Virus record (IMG/VR): IMGVR_UViG_3300038393_001615 | Coordinates: 1 to 43,631 of that record | Length of the DNA: 43,631 bases | Origin: a virus | Taxonomy: Duplodnaviria > Caudoviricetes | Reading direction: 5' to 3' (one strand) | In this document: positions 26,453 to 34,464 of the stretch, piece after piece | Layout: every line of letters starts with the position of its first letter | How positions within the stretch are numbered: position 1 is the first letter of the stretch | Notes under the pieces: generated by a model | What the model was told of the DNA's origin: nothing | The model's input: only the letters and a program-made list of their open reading frames with translations | Database searches by the model: none | Position numbers and translations under genes: made by a program

Positions 26453-26728
26453 CCCGACTCGGGGCTCGACGCACATTTGGTTTTTGGTCTGGGCCAGCGC
26501 GGCTCGGGGCTCGATCGGATTTTGGATTCCGGGTCTATCGGGTCGGGGCTCGACGCACATTTGGTTTTTGGTCGTGGCGTAGTAGGTCCGCACGGCCTCG
26601 GTCAGCGTCGCGAAGGCCTGGGGCTGGCCATCGTCGGCGCGCAGCGGCTCCCCGTCGACCTCGCAACGGTACGGGCGGCCAGGCGCCGCGGCGAATATGT
26701 GCACGACAGGCATACGCGTTGCGTCCAT
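26432..26728 (-). CDS. Hypothetical protein whose 3' end runs through the direct repeats
   Basis: MDATRMPVVHIFAAAPGRPYRCEVDG...; TKNQMCVEPR occurs twice. Confidence 0.45.
   Translation of the reverse strand: MDATRMPVVHIFAAAPGRPYRCEVDGEPLRADDGQPQAFATLTEAVRTYYATTKNQMCVEPRPDRPGIQNPIEPRAALAQTKNQMCVEPRVGLGRICV
26459..26573. repeat. 31-bp direct repeat (26459-26489, 26543-26573) with a degenerate middle copy (26504-26535)
   Basis: TCGGGGCTCGACGCACATTTGGTTTTTGGTC occurs twice exactly; TCGGGGCTCGATCGGATTTTGGATTCCGGGTC lies between. Confidence 0.9.
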
Positions 26729-26941
26729 TCCGTGAAAGCGGCCGCAGACTGGCGCCGCGCACGTGACGGCCGCGTCACGGCCGGCTCGCGCGCCGGCGCG
26801 TGCAATACCATGCGGCCGCACGTGCCAGCGCCAAGCGCTCCGGCGCTTTGCTGCGACGGTCCCACTGCGCCAGCACGTGCCGCCAGAAACGCGCCTCCCG
26901 CGCCATGAGGCGCCGGAATCGGATTGGATCGGATCGGCGCG

Positions 26942-27178
26942 TCACGCGGGCAGTACCGGGCGCGAGACATACGGCCGCGCATCACCAGCGCCAGGCGCGA
27001 GCACGACCGCCCATTGCTCCGGGTCCGCAGCGATGCGGAACGCGCGCACGTCGGCCGCGTCGCGGTTCAACTCGCGAGCCTTGCGCGCCATCGTGGCGTG
27101 CGCCGGCATGCGGTCGCACCGGGCGCCCGTGTCAACGTATCCGGCCGCGACAAGGCGCGGCAGGCTATGGCAAAGCAT
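26942..27178 (-). CDS. Hypothetical protein
   Basis: GGGAG RBS before ATG. Confidence 0.5.
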   Translation of the reverse strand: MLCHSLPRLVAAGYVDTGARCDRMPAHATMARKARELNRDAADVRAFRIAADPEQWAVVLAPGAGDARPYVSRPVLPA

Positions 27179-27513
27179 GGGTTTTGCTCCCGTTGTGAGT
27201 CACCAGTGCGCCCGGATGGCCAGGCGCACCAGTCACGCGCAGCGGATCAATCGCGCAACGCGGCCTGCAAAGCGAGCTCTGAATCGGCGCACCAGTACCC
27301 GAGAAGTCCGGGACGAATAACACGCGCCCAAGGCGCCGCGGTGCGCGCGACGGTTTCTAGATCGGTTGGAACAAAAATAACCATTGTCTCAGTCTCCCCG
27401 GCGCACGCGGCGCCGCTTGTGGATTGACCAACCGGCCGGCACAAGCGCCAGCGGCCCTATGTACGTGATGAATTGAAGCGCCGGCCCATGCTGGCGCACT
27501 AGGCGCGCGCGGA

Positions 27514-27738
27514 TCACGGGCGCACCATCGCGCGGCAAAAGGCGCGCATGCGACGCGCCGCGGCCGCCCATTCATCGCCCCGGGGATTCCTCGCGCGCCA
27601 TTCCTCGCGCGCTTGCGCGTATCCAGTGAGAAACGCGCGCTGTTGCCAGGTATCGCGCCGCGACGGGCGCCCCGGGAATAGCAGGCGCCCGCGCGCGTAG
27701 TCGGCGCGGCCGGCTCGAATGTAGTCGGCGCGGTTCAC
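27514..27738 (-). CDS. Small Arg-rich hypothetical protein
   Basis: GTGA coupling with a 31-codon upstream ORF (27735-27830). Confidence 0.5.
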   Translation of the reverse strand: MNRADYIRAGRADYARGRLLFPGRPSRRDTWQQRAFLTGYAQAREEWRARNPRGDEWAAAARRMRAFCRAMVRP

Positions 27739-27816
27739 TTCAGCCGCTCCACGTCATGGCGGTTTGCCGCGCGCAACGCTTCGGCGCGCGTGGCGCGCAG
27801 CGCCGCGGCGAGTTGG

Positions 27817-28026
27817 TCAGTTGTCGACATATGGAATCTCCGCGAAGTGTTTAGGATGCGAGCGCAGAAAGCCCGCGATGATGGAAGGCAGGCGCGACGC
27901 ATCCACGATGCGAGCACGCGGCGCCCAAATGCCGGAGTAGCGGAACCGATCCGGCGCGATGCGCCGGGCCTCTAGCCCGGTGTTGCCTTTGTTCGTCAGG
28001 TACTGGGCGACCACGTTAGCGCGCAT
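27817..28026 (-). CDS. Hypothetical protein
   Basis: MRANVVAQYLTNKGNTGLEARR...; overlaps neighbours in a tight leftward array. Confidence 0.55.
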   Translation of the reverse strand: MRANVVAQYLTNKGNTGLEARRIAPDRFRYSGIWAPRARIVDASRLPSIIAGFLRSHPKHFAEIPYVDN

Positions 28027-28444
28027 CGTTCGGCGCCCCCGTGGCCACGCCGCACGCGCGCAAGATGTCGCACGCGTCGGCATTGCTCCAGCCTTCCCAG
28101 TGCGGCGCCTTGCCGTCAAGCGTGGCCGTCACATACTGGACAAGGCGCACGCGGCCAAGCGGCAACGCCAGGCGGTCAAGGTAGTCCGGCGCGATGCCCA
28201 GCTCACACGCGGCGCGCTCGCGCGAGCCGGCACGCGTGAATTGTTGGAAGCCGGCGCCGTCGGTTGCGCACCATAGCGCGATGCCGTGACCCCAGTACGC
28301 GCCGCCGTCATCGTATCCGCCACGGTCTAGGCGCACTTGGAACAGGCGCAGCGTGCGCGGCTCCACATTCTCCAGCGTGCCGGACGCGTGTCGTCCTATA
28401 GGTGCGCCGTAGCGGCTCGCGACCATTTCAAATTGGCGAGTCAT
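28016..28444 (-). CDS. Hypothetical phage protein
   Basis: GGAGG RBS; distinctive YGAPIGR and LDRGGYDDGGAYWG segments. Confidence 0.75.
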   Translation of the reverse strand: MTRQFEMVASRYGAPIGRHASGTLENVEPRTLRLFQVRLDRGGYDDGGAYWGHGIALWCATDGAGFQQFTRAGSRERAACELGIAPDYLDRLALPLGRVRLVQYVTATLDGKAPHWEGWSNADACDILRACGVATGAPNDAR

Positions 28445-28447
28445 CGT

Positions 28448-29386
28448 TTAGGCCTCCCCAGCGCCGGGCGTCCACGCGAAGCCGGCGCCCGTTATTGCAG
28501 CCTGAAAATCGGCGAGTAGGCCAGGCAAACGCGCCTCCAGCATCGCGCGCAGCTCTGCCGGCTCTGCCGTGAGTTGTGCGTCGGTCGCGTCCGGCCAAAT
28601 AGCGGCATTGCGTGCGCCGTTCAAGTCGCGCGGTTTGCCGCTGCTAAACAACGTCGGGACCGCCAGAAACTCCACGCTGATGCGGGGATCGTTAAGCGCA
28701 TCCGCCCATTCTCGCGCGACTTCGGAATCTTTGAACGGCGCGTCTGCCCATGATTCATCGGCATAGCCCACGAAGGTGTAACGCGGCGCGTAGTCATACG
28801 TTTCCCCGGCGCGCTTGCGATGGTGAACCGACTGCAAAAGAAACTCCCCGTCTGCGCGCGGGTCGCGGTATTCCGGCATACGCGCCTTGAGCCATTCCCA
28901 AAAGCTCTTTTTAATCCGGTGCGTAATGGGAGAATTGCCGATCTTAACGGCATGGTCCCATGACCAAGGCTCGCCGGCGCGCTTGCCGTTGTGGTCGCGG
29001 TCGCCGGCCAGGTAAACCGTATTAGCGATGTAATGCAGCGGCCCGTCAGTGCTGCACAAATGCCAATTAATCAGCGGCTCCAGTTCGGGGAAAATCCGCG
29101 CAATTTCGTCATGCATGCAGCCGCCGGCCGCAATGTCACGCCGGCGCCGGCTTTCGGTCGTGGTGATGTCGGCGGTGATCGAAAACGTGTTGTGCCCATT
29201 TTTGCAGTTGTCGTCAAACCGCATTTCTACCTGCATTTCTCCGCCGGCGCCGTAGCCTTTAATCGGCCGGCGCTCGCTTATCCATTTCTGCGTGCTCCAG
29301 CGGTTCACGTCCCACGCGTGCGCCGGATAGAAGCGGCCCGGAACATTTAGGACCGCGCCGACGTGTTCGTTAATGGAAAGGTTCAT
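28448..29386 (-). CDS. Hypothetical phage protein (312 aa)
   Basis: GGAG RBS; DDNCKNGHNTFSIT, GGCMHDEI, WHLCS..GPLHY Cys/His cluster; lower GC than the core genes. Confidence 0.8.
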   Translation of the reverse strand: MNLSINEHVGAVLNVPGRFYPAHAWDVNRWSTQKWISERRPIKGYGAGGEMQVEMRFDDNCKNGHNTFSITADITTTESRRRRDIAAGGCMHDEIARIFPELEPLINWHLCSTDGPLHYIANTVYLAGDRDHNGKRAGEPWSWDHAVKIGNSPITHRIKKSFWEWLKARMPEYRDPRADGEFLLQSVHHRKRAGETYDYAPRYTFVGYADESWADAPFKDSEVAREWADALNDPRISVEFLAVPTLFSSGKPRDLNGARNAAIWPDATDAQLTAEPAELRAMLEARLPGLLADFQAAITGAGFAWTPGAGEA

Positions 29387-29404
29387 TGCGTTAGCTCCAG
29401 ATGA

Positions 29405-30199
29405 TTAGCGTTCAACATCGGCGAATTGTTCAAGCTCCGCGCGCACGCTGCGCACGTCTTCCATTGCATCGGCGAAGCGGCCGCCGTGCCTTTCCATTGC
29501 GTCGAAACAGGTAGCGGCGGCCACGTCGGCGCCGTGCGCCTTCGCGTCGATCCAACCGCGGAGCGCGACATGCCAGGCAGCACGCGCGAGCCGCAAATGG
29601 TCGAGCGCGTCGGCCTCTTTCTCGTCCAGCTCGCGCGCAGCGTTCCAGCGTTCGGAGTACTCGCGCTCGCGTTCGGCATAGATGCGCGCGGTTTCCGCGG
29701 CGTCGGTCGCGGCGTCTTCGGCGCTGTCGTGGATGGTGCGATTAATGACGATTCCGTCAGCATCGGACCACGTAATGTACGCCAGCCATTGCTCACGGCC
29801 GCCGCGTGCCGGTAGCTGGCAAACGTGCGCGTCGATCGTTTCGGACTGGTCCGCGTCGCAATACCAGCGCGTCTCTTTGGCGGCGTAGTGGCGGCCAGCC
29901 TCACGCAGCACGTCGGCGGCGTCTTTCGTGCGCAAGTGATCGAGCGCGCCGGAATCGGCATACCAGACTTTGCCGTCATCGCTGGCGCGGAATCCGCCGG
30001 CCGGCGCGTTGAAGCCCAGCCCGCTCGGCGTGATGTAGCGCTGGCGTTGCCACGTCGCATAGCCGGCCGCAAGCAATAGCGCGGCGCTTTCCGGGGAATG
30101 GTTCGCGCGGATCGTGGCCAGCGACTTTGCAGCCTTCGCGCGATAGTTGGCGAGACGGCCGCGGGCTCCGCCGCGTAAATTGTCGAATCGGCTAGGCAT
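29405..30199 (-). CDS. Hypothetical protein with C-terminal coiled coil
   Basis: GGAG RBS; 264 aa. Confidence 0.75.
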   Translation of the reverse strand: MPSRFDNLRGGARGRLANYRAKAAKSLATIRANHSPESAALLLAAGYATWQRQRYITPSGLGFNAPAGGFRASDDGKVWYADSGALDHLRTKDAADVLREAGRHYAAKETRWYCDADQSETIDAHVCQLPARGGREQWLAYITWSDADGIVINRTIHDSAEDAATDAAETARIYAEREREYSERWNAARELDEKEADALDHLRLARAAWHVALRGWIDAKAHGADVAAATCFDAMERHGGRFADAMEDVRSVRAELEQFADVER

Positions 30200-30202
30200 G
30201 GG

Positions 30203-30370
30203 TCAGGCTCCGAAGTGATGCGCGGCGGCCAGGCAGGCGGCCACGGTAGCAGCGATGGCGAGCGCGAGGCGCAGAATGGACGGCCATACGCTGCGCGGTT
30301 GCGGACGGGGAGCAACCGGCGCGGAGCATGAGAAAGCCGGGCGGCGGTTGCGTAAATCTTGGCGGGTCAT
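30203..30370 (-). CDS. Small membrane protein (55 aa, not in the ORF track)
   Basis: MTRQDLRNRR...WPSILRLALAIAATVAACLAAAHHFGA; AAGG RBS; fills the gap exactly. Confidence 0.55.
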   Translation of the reverse strand: MTRQDLRNRRPAFSCSAPVAPRPQPRSVWPSILRLALAIAATVAACLAAAHHFGA

Positions 30371-30389
30371 ATAGCTACCTTGGGTTTAT

Positions 30390-30432
30390 TGACGGCGGCG
30401 TCAGTATAGCGTCAGGCGCGGCGGACGTGCAA
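30390..30432 (-). promoter_or_regulatory. Sigma70-like promoter with TGACG-N4-CGTCA (30390-30403) over the start site
   Basis: Minus strand TTGCAC-18-TATACT, immediately followed by the palindrome. Confidence 0.6.
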
Positions 30433-31122
30433 CACGTCGCCGTGCACGATGCCGGCGGCCTCCAGACGGCGCAGCGCTTCGGCCTGCGCATCGTCGGCAC
30501 ACTCCGCCATGACGCGCACGCTATGCGATGCCCAGCGGCCGCCCAGCTCCGCGCGCAACGTGACGTCATAGGCCACGCGGCAATGGACGTGCTCGGCGGC
30601 CGCTTCGGCATCTTGGATGGCCAAGCGCGCGGCGGTAACGGCGGCCGTGGCCGCTTCGGCGCGGTCGGCGACGTGCTCGCCGGCGACTGCCTGCGCCGCG
30701 TTGGCGATGGTGCGCAGTTGTCCGGCGGCGTGCTCGGCAAGCGGCAGCACGGCGCGCAGCGCGGCCAGCGTGGCGGATTCGCTGGCCAGCGCGTGCGATA
30801 GCTCGCGCCGCTTGTCGCAAAGCGCTTGCCATTCCGGCGTACCGGCCGGCGTTTCGCCCATCGCGCGCCGCGTGCTGTCTTCGGCATGGCCAAGCGCAGC
30901 GCGGCGGCCGGCTTCGGTAAGTGCAACGTGCCGCGTGATGACGGCCAGGCCGCCGACCTCGCTGCGGTCCGCTTCACGCGTGCACGTCACCATGCCGGCG
31001 TCTATCAACTCCACGACGGCCGGGTTAGCACACGGCACGTCTGCTGCGCCGGTGTTGGCCATCGTGGCGGCCAGGTTGAGAAACAGGAGATGCGCGCGAG
31101 CGCTAACGGTGGGCGTGTTCAT
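30412..31122 (-). CDS. Hypothetical protein, possible N-terminal winged-helix
   Basis: VVELIDAGMV...VALTEAGRRAA resembles a wHTH wing; Ala-rich helical middle. Confidence 0.65.
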   Translation of the reverse strand: MNTPTVSARAHLLFLNLAATMANTGAADVPCANPAVVELIDAGMVTCTREADRSEVGGLAVITRHVALTEAGRRAALGHAEDSTRRAMGETPAGTPEWQALCDKRRELSHALASESATLAALRAVLPLAEHAAGQLRTIANAAQAVAGEHVADRAEAATAAVTAARLAIQDAEAAAEHVHCRVAYDVTLRAELGGRWASHSVRVMAECADDAQAEALRRLEAAGIVHGDVLHVRRA

Positions 31123-31494
31123 GGTGTGCAGTCCAGTGCCCGGCCGTTGTGGCGGGCTTCGCTGGAGCTAATGCAGAGGCCGTGCCAACCGCAGCGAACC
31201 GCACAGCTGCGCCATTCCTGGCCACGATGCAGCGCGGCCAGGCCGTCGCGTTACGTCATTCCCTGCCCTGTTGCGTCACTTGTTGCCCGTGGGCGACAGG
31301 CCGCGCCGTGCGCGTCAATTTCTAAACTCAACGTTTAGTTGCGTTCAGTTAATCATCGTCAGGCGGCCAGGCGCACCGCGGCTGGGGGAGGGCGGGTCGA
31401 AAGTTCAGACGATCATCGCTGCGGACCGCGCGGGCAGCCGTATTCTCGCATCCTCAAAATGGGCACTTATGGCGAAAAGGCTGTTTTCGGCGCA

Positions 31495-31518
31495 ACAAAA
31501 AGCCGCCCGAAGGCGGCT
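31495..31518 (-). terminator. Intrinsic terminator
   Basis: Minus strand AGCCGCC-TTCG-GGCGGCT followed by TTTTGTT, about 20 nt after the 31541 stop. Confidence 0.8.
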
Positions 31519-31540
31519 GCGCGGTGGAATGTTGCGTGTT

Positions 31541-31957
31541 TCAGCCCAGCTTGCGGGCCGCGCATAGCGCCTGGTACAGCGCCTCCAGCGGCGCGACGTC
31601 AGCTTTGTGCACGAGGCGGCGGAACATCACCTGGCCGTTCGAGGCGCGCGTCGAGGCCTGGCGGACGCAGGACGTGCAGCCGCTGTCGCGCGTGTTGCGC
31701 TTGGCCATGTGGCCGTGCCGACAGGGCTCGCCGGTGTAGAAATGCTTGCTCCCCATAGCCAGGGCGGTCTTGCGATCCTTCGGCAGCTGGTCGATCGGCA
31801 GGATCGCTTTCGGCTTCGGACGTCCGCGGGCGGCGATCTTCGAGCACTCAACGCAGCCGTTGTTGGCGACGTATCGAATGTTTCCGTGGCCGTGCGGACA
31901 AGGACGATCGCTGTCGTACTTTTTCAGCCCAGCTTGTTGAGCAGCGCTCCAGTCCAT
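31541..31957 (-). CDS. Protein with two tandem C-x-HGH...CxxC putative zinc-binding repeats
   Basis: GLKKYDSDRPCPHGHGNIRYVANNGCVEC and GSKHFYTGEPCRHGHMAKRNTRDSGCTSC; GAGG RBS. Confidence 0.8.
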   Translation of the reverse strand: MDWSAAQQAGLKKYDSDRPCPHGHGNIRYVANNGCVECSKIAARGRPKPKAILPIDQLPKDRKTALAMGSKHFYTGEPCRHGHMAKRNTRDSGCTSCVRQASTRASNGQVMFRRLVHKADVAPLEALYQALCAARKLG

Positions 31958-31974
31958 AATAAGTGCCTCGTGCA

Positions 31975-32260
31975 GGGATTGTGAAAGGCTTATCTCGGCG
32001 TAAGTCGCAGAGTCTGGGTATCCGGCAAACGAGGCTACACAAGGCCTTCACGAATGTCAAAGGCTTATCACAGAGAAGCCACGGTTTGCCGACAAATCTA
32101 TGGTTGTGTGGTAAGGCTTATAAGTGCATAAGTCTTTTCACTACCCTATTCTATCCTATTAACTTTCTTTAGAGGTAAAGAGGTAAAGAGTTAATAGGGG
32201 GCCGAATGGTAGCCGAATCAATGACTTAGGATTGCCAAAGACTTACCTTACTGACACCCG
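31975..32260. repeat. AT-rich non-coding region with AAAG(G/A)CTTA-type repeats and tandem AGAGGTAA
   Basis: Copies at 31984, 32059, 32113, 32237 and an inverted copy at 32128-32141; AGAGGTAA AGAGGTAA AGAGTTAA at 32171-32194. Confidence 0.75.
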
Positions 32261-32343
32261 TAGTTACCCCAACTCGAAATTGCCCTCTGGCACCGTGGAT
32301 GACCCGCCGTTCACGTACCGTCGACCCCGCCTCCACCCGTGGT

Positions 32344-32393
32344 TGACCCCTCCGTCACGCCCCGTTGACGCCGCGTTAAGGTCCGGCTACGGT
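32344..32393 (+). promoter_or_regulatory. Putative promoter of the lysis/morphogenesis operon
   Basis: TTGACG(32365)-17-TACGGT, preceded by TGACC-CCTC-CGTCA (32344-32357). Confidence 0.65.
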
Positions 32394-32433
32394 GTGCTCG
32401 ACTACACCCGAGCCCGCCCAGGGGATGCGCGCC

Positions 32434-32604
32434 ATGACCGACGACCTCGAAACGACCTCCACGCCGCCTCCGCTGCCGGCGAATGACGCCACCCGCAAGC
32501 GCCACGAGGCGTTGGCTGCGGTGGAACGCGAGATCACGGCGATGTACGGCACTCGGGTGCGCAACCTGCCCCGGTTGATCGCCGAGCTTCGAGCGCTGCT
32601 GTGA
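32434..32604 (+). CDS. Small hypothetical protein
   Basis: GGGGA RBS; stop overlaps the endolysin GTG. Confidence 0.55.
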   Translation: MTDDLETTSTPPPLPANDATRKRHEALAAVEREITAMYGTRVRNLPRLIAELRALL

Positions 32605-33167
32605 ACCCGTCGCTGCTGGTGAAGGCGACCGGCTGCGCGCCGGACGTCGCCGCGCGCTGGGTCGGCCCGCTGACCGCCGCGGCCGCCGAGTTCGAGATCA
32701 CGATGCCCAAGCGCTTCGCCGCGTTCGTCGCGGTCGTGGCGCAGGAGAGCGGCGACTTCCGCTACGTCCGCGAGCTGGGCAGCCACGACTACCTCTCGCG
32801 CTACGACGTCGGCGCGCTGGCGATGCGACTGGGCAACACGCCCGAGGCTGATGGCGACGGCGAGCTGTACTGCGGCCGCGGGCTCATCCAGATCACCGGG
32901 CGGACCAACTACGTCGCATGCGCCGCGGCGCTCTGCCTGCCGCTGATCGACCATCCCGAGCTGCTGGAGCAAACCGAGAACGCGGCGCGATCCGCGGCCT
33001 GGTATTTCCGGCGGCACGGGTGCAACCACTTCGCTGACATCGGCGACTTCCTGGCCATCTCGATCGCGGTCAACGGCAAGATGCCGGACGGCTACCCGCG
33101 CGACTGGCCCCGCCGCAAAGCGCGCTGGGATCTCGCGCTCAAGGCCTTCACCGGAGCCTCGGTATGA
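32601..33167 (+). CDS. Endolysin, glycoside hydrolase family 19
   Basis: AAFVAVVAQESGDF..RE, LGNT..GDG..YCGRGLIQITGRTNY, HPELLE, AAWYF, VNG. Confidence 0.92.
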   Translation: MNPSLLVKATGCAPDVAARWVGPLTAAAAEFEITMPKRFAAFVAVVAQESGDFRYVRELGSHDYLSRYDVGALAMRLGNTPEADGDGELYCGRGLIQITGRTNYVACAAALCLPLIDHPELLEQTENAARSAAWYFRRHGCNHFADIGDFLAISIAVNGKMPDGYPRDWPRRKARWDLALKAFTGASV

Positions 33168-33445
33168 GCCCCGCACGCCGCGCCGAAGACAACGCCACGC
33201 CGTTCAACTGGCGCAACCTCCTGCAAGCCCTGTTGCTCGCAGGCATCCTCTGGCTGATCCGCAGCGTCAACTCGCAGAACGAGGTGCTGATCGATCTCAA
33301 GGCGCGCTTCGACAGCTTGACCGTGAACGCCAACCAGGTGCCGGATCTGCAGAAGTCGTATAGCCGTCTGGACGTCCGAGTCTCGAACGACGAACGCCGT
33401 CTCGACATTCTCGAATCGCGAACCGTTCGTGGAGGTGCCCCGTGA
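33164..33445 (+). CDS. Single-TM coiled-coil protein (holin/antiholin candidate)
   Basis: LLQALLLAGILWLI helix; located in the lysis cassette. Confidence 0.6.
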   Translation: MSPARRAEDNATPFNWRNLLQALLLAGILWLIRSVNSQNEVLIDLKARFDSLTVNANQVPDLQKSYSRLDVRVSNDERRLDILESRTVRGGAP

Positions 33446-33636
33446 TCGCTCATCTGCGCAAGTGGTTCCGCGAGTACATCGTCGCGACGGTCAGCCTGTT
33501 CCCGGTGGTCTGGTTGGCCACGCCGCAGCTGCAGACGCTCCTGCCGCCCAAGGCGGTCAGCGTGCTCGCCTCGATCGCCGGCGGCATCCTGCTGGCCAAG
33601 AGTCTCATCGCGGCGCGTAAGGCCCAGCAGCCGTGA
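33442..33636 (+). CDS. Putative holin (2 TM)
   Basis: 64 aa, two hydrophobic helices, basic C-terminus. Confidence 0.65.
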   Translation: MIAHLRKWFREYIVATVSLFPVVWLATPQLQTLLPPKAVSVLASIAGGILLAKSLIAARKAQQP

Positions 33637-34112
33637 TCCGCGTCTACGTCGGCGCCGTGCTGCTGGTGCTCGCCGGACTGGGCATCTGGGTTTACGGGCA
33701 TCACCAGTACGACGCCGGCGTAGCTTCCGTGCAGGCGCAGGACAACGCGCTGCGCGCGAAGTGGGCTATCGAGGTCATGCGTGACCAAGAGGCCAAGGGT
33801 GCCGCGCTCGACGCCGCGGCGCAGCAGTATCACGAGGATCTTGCCCATGTCCAAGAGCAAACTGATCGCACTCTCGCTAGCGAGCGCGCTGGCACTATCC
33901 GGTTGCGCCAGCGTTGGCTGTCCTGTACCGCCGAAGCAGCCGCCGCTGCCCGCGGTGGACCCAGCGCTGATGGAACCGCCGACCGGGGCGCAGGAATTGC
34001 GCTCGATCTTTTTCGAGCCGTCGACCCCCTCGTCCAGCGACAAGACGCAAAAATCCGCGGGCTCCAAGCCGCGTTGAGGGCCGATCGTGCCCACACGCCC
34101 GCCTCGCCATAA
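33633..34112 (+). CDS. Inner-membrane spanin (Rz-like)
   Basis: N-terminal TM, coiled coil, GTIRLR..C..., DAKIRGLQ. Confidence 0.85.
   Translation: MIRVYVGAVLLVLAGLGIWVYGHHQYDAGVASVQAQDNALRAKWAIEVMRDQEAKGAALDAAAQQYHEDLAHVQEQTDRTLASERAGTIRLRQRWLSCTAEAAAAARGGPSADGTADRGAGIALDLFRAVDPLVQRQDAKIRGLQAALRADRAHTPASP
33847..34077 (+). CDS. Outer-membrane spanin lipoprotein (Rz1-like), embedded in Rz
   Basis: GAGGA RBS; MSKSKLIALSLASALALSG-C lipobox; Pro-rich mature part; +1 frame inside Rz. Confidence 0.85.
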   Translation: MSKSKLIALSLASALALSGCASVGCPVPPKQPPLPAVDPALMEPPTGAQELRSIFFEPSTPSSSDKTQKSAGSKPR

Positions 34113-34464
34113 GCCACCTGGCTATCGTCGCACCGCGCCCGGCCCGGAGCCGCGGCCGCCGATCCGCAAGCACCAGCCGCGCGAGTCGGCGCACCGCCGC
34201 GGTTACACCCGCGCCTGGCAGAAAGCGCGCGAGGGCTACTTGCGTAAGCACCCGCTCTGCGTGCATTGCCTGGCGAAGGATCTGGTCGTGGCCGCAACCG
34301 TGGTCGACCACATCGTTCCGCACCGGGGCGACGAGAGACTGTTCTGGGATAGTGTTAACAATTGGCAAAGTTTATGTGAAAGCTGCCACAATCGGGCTAC
34401 GGTACTTTTCGACGGTGGTTTTGGTAATGAGCGTAAGGAAGGGAAAACTGACGGCCGCTGGTGA
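34087..34464 (+). CDS. Terminase-associated HNH endonuclease (HK97 gp74-like)
   Basis: RGYTRAWQKAR..HPLCVHC..ATVVDHIVPHRGD..LFWD..NWQSLCESCHN. Confidence 0.92.
   Translation: MPTRPPRHKPPGYRRTAPGPEPRPPIRKHQPRESAHRRGYTRAWQKAREGYLRKHPLCVHCLAKDLVVAATVVDHIVPHRGDERLFWDSVNNWQSLCESCHNRATVLFDGGFGNERKEGKTDGRW

Noticed and set aside
26459-26573. Possible mini-CRISPR array
   Set aside because: Only two exact repeats, the intervening sequence is itself a degenerate repeat, and there is no cas operon; the Cas4-like gene is a common phage exonuclease
26670-31380. Recurrent GGCCAGGCG words in the early block
   Set aside because: Short, GC-rich and inconsistently placed relative to gene starts; cannot be distinguished from background without statistics
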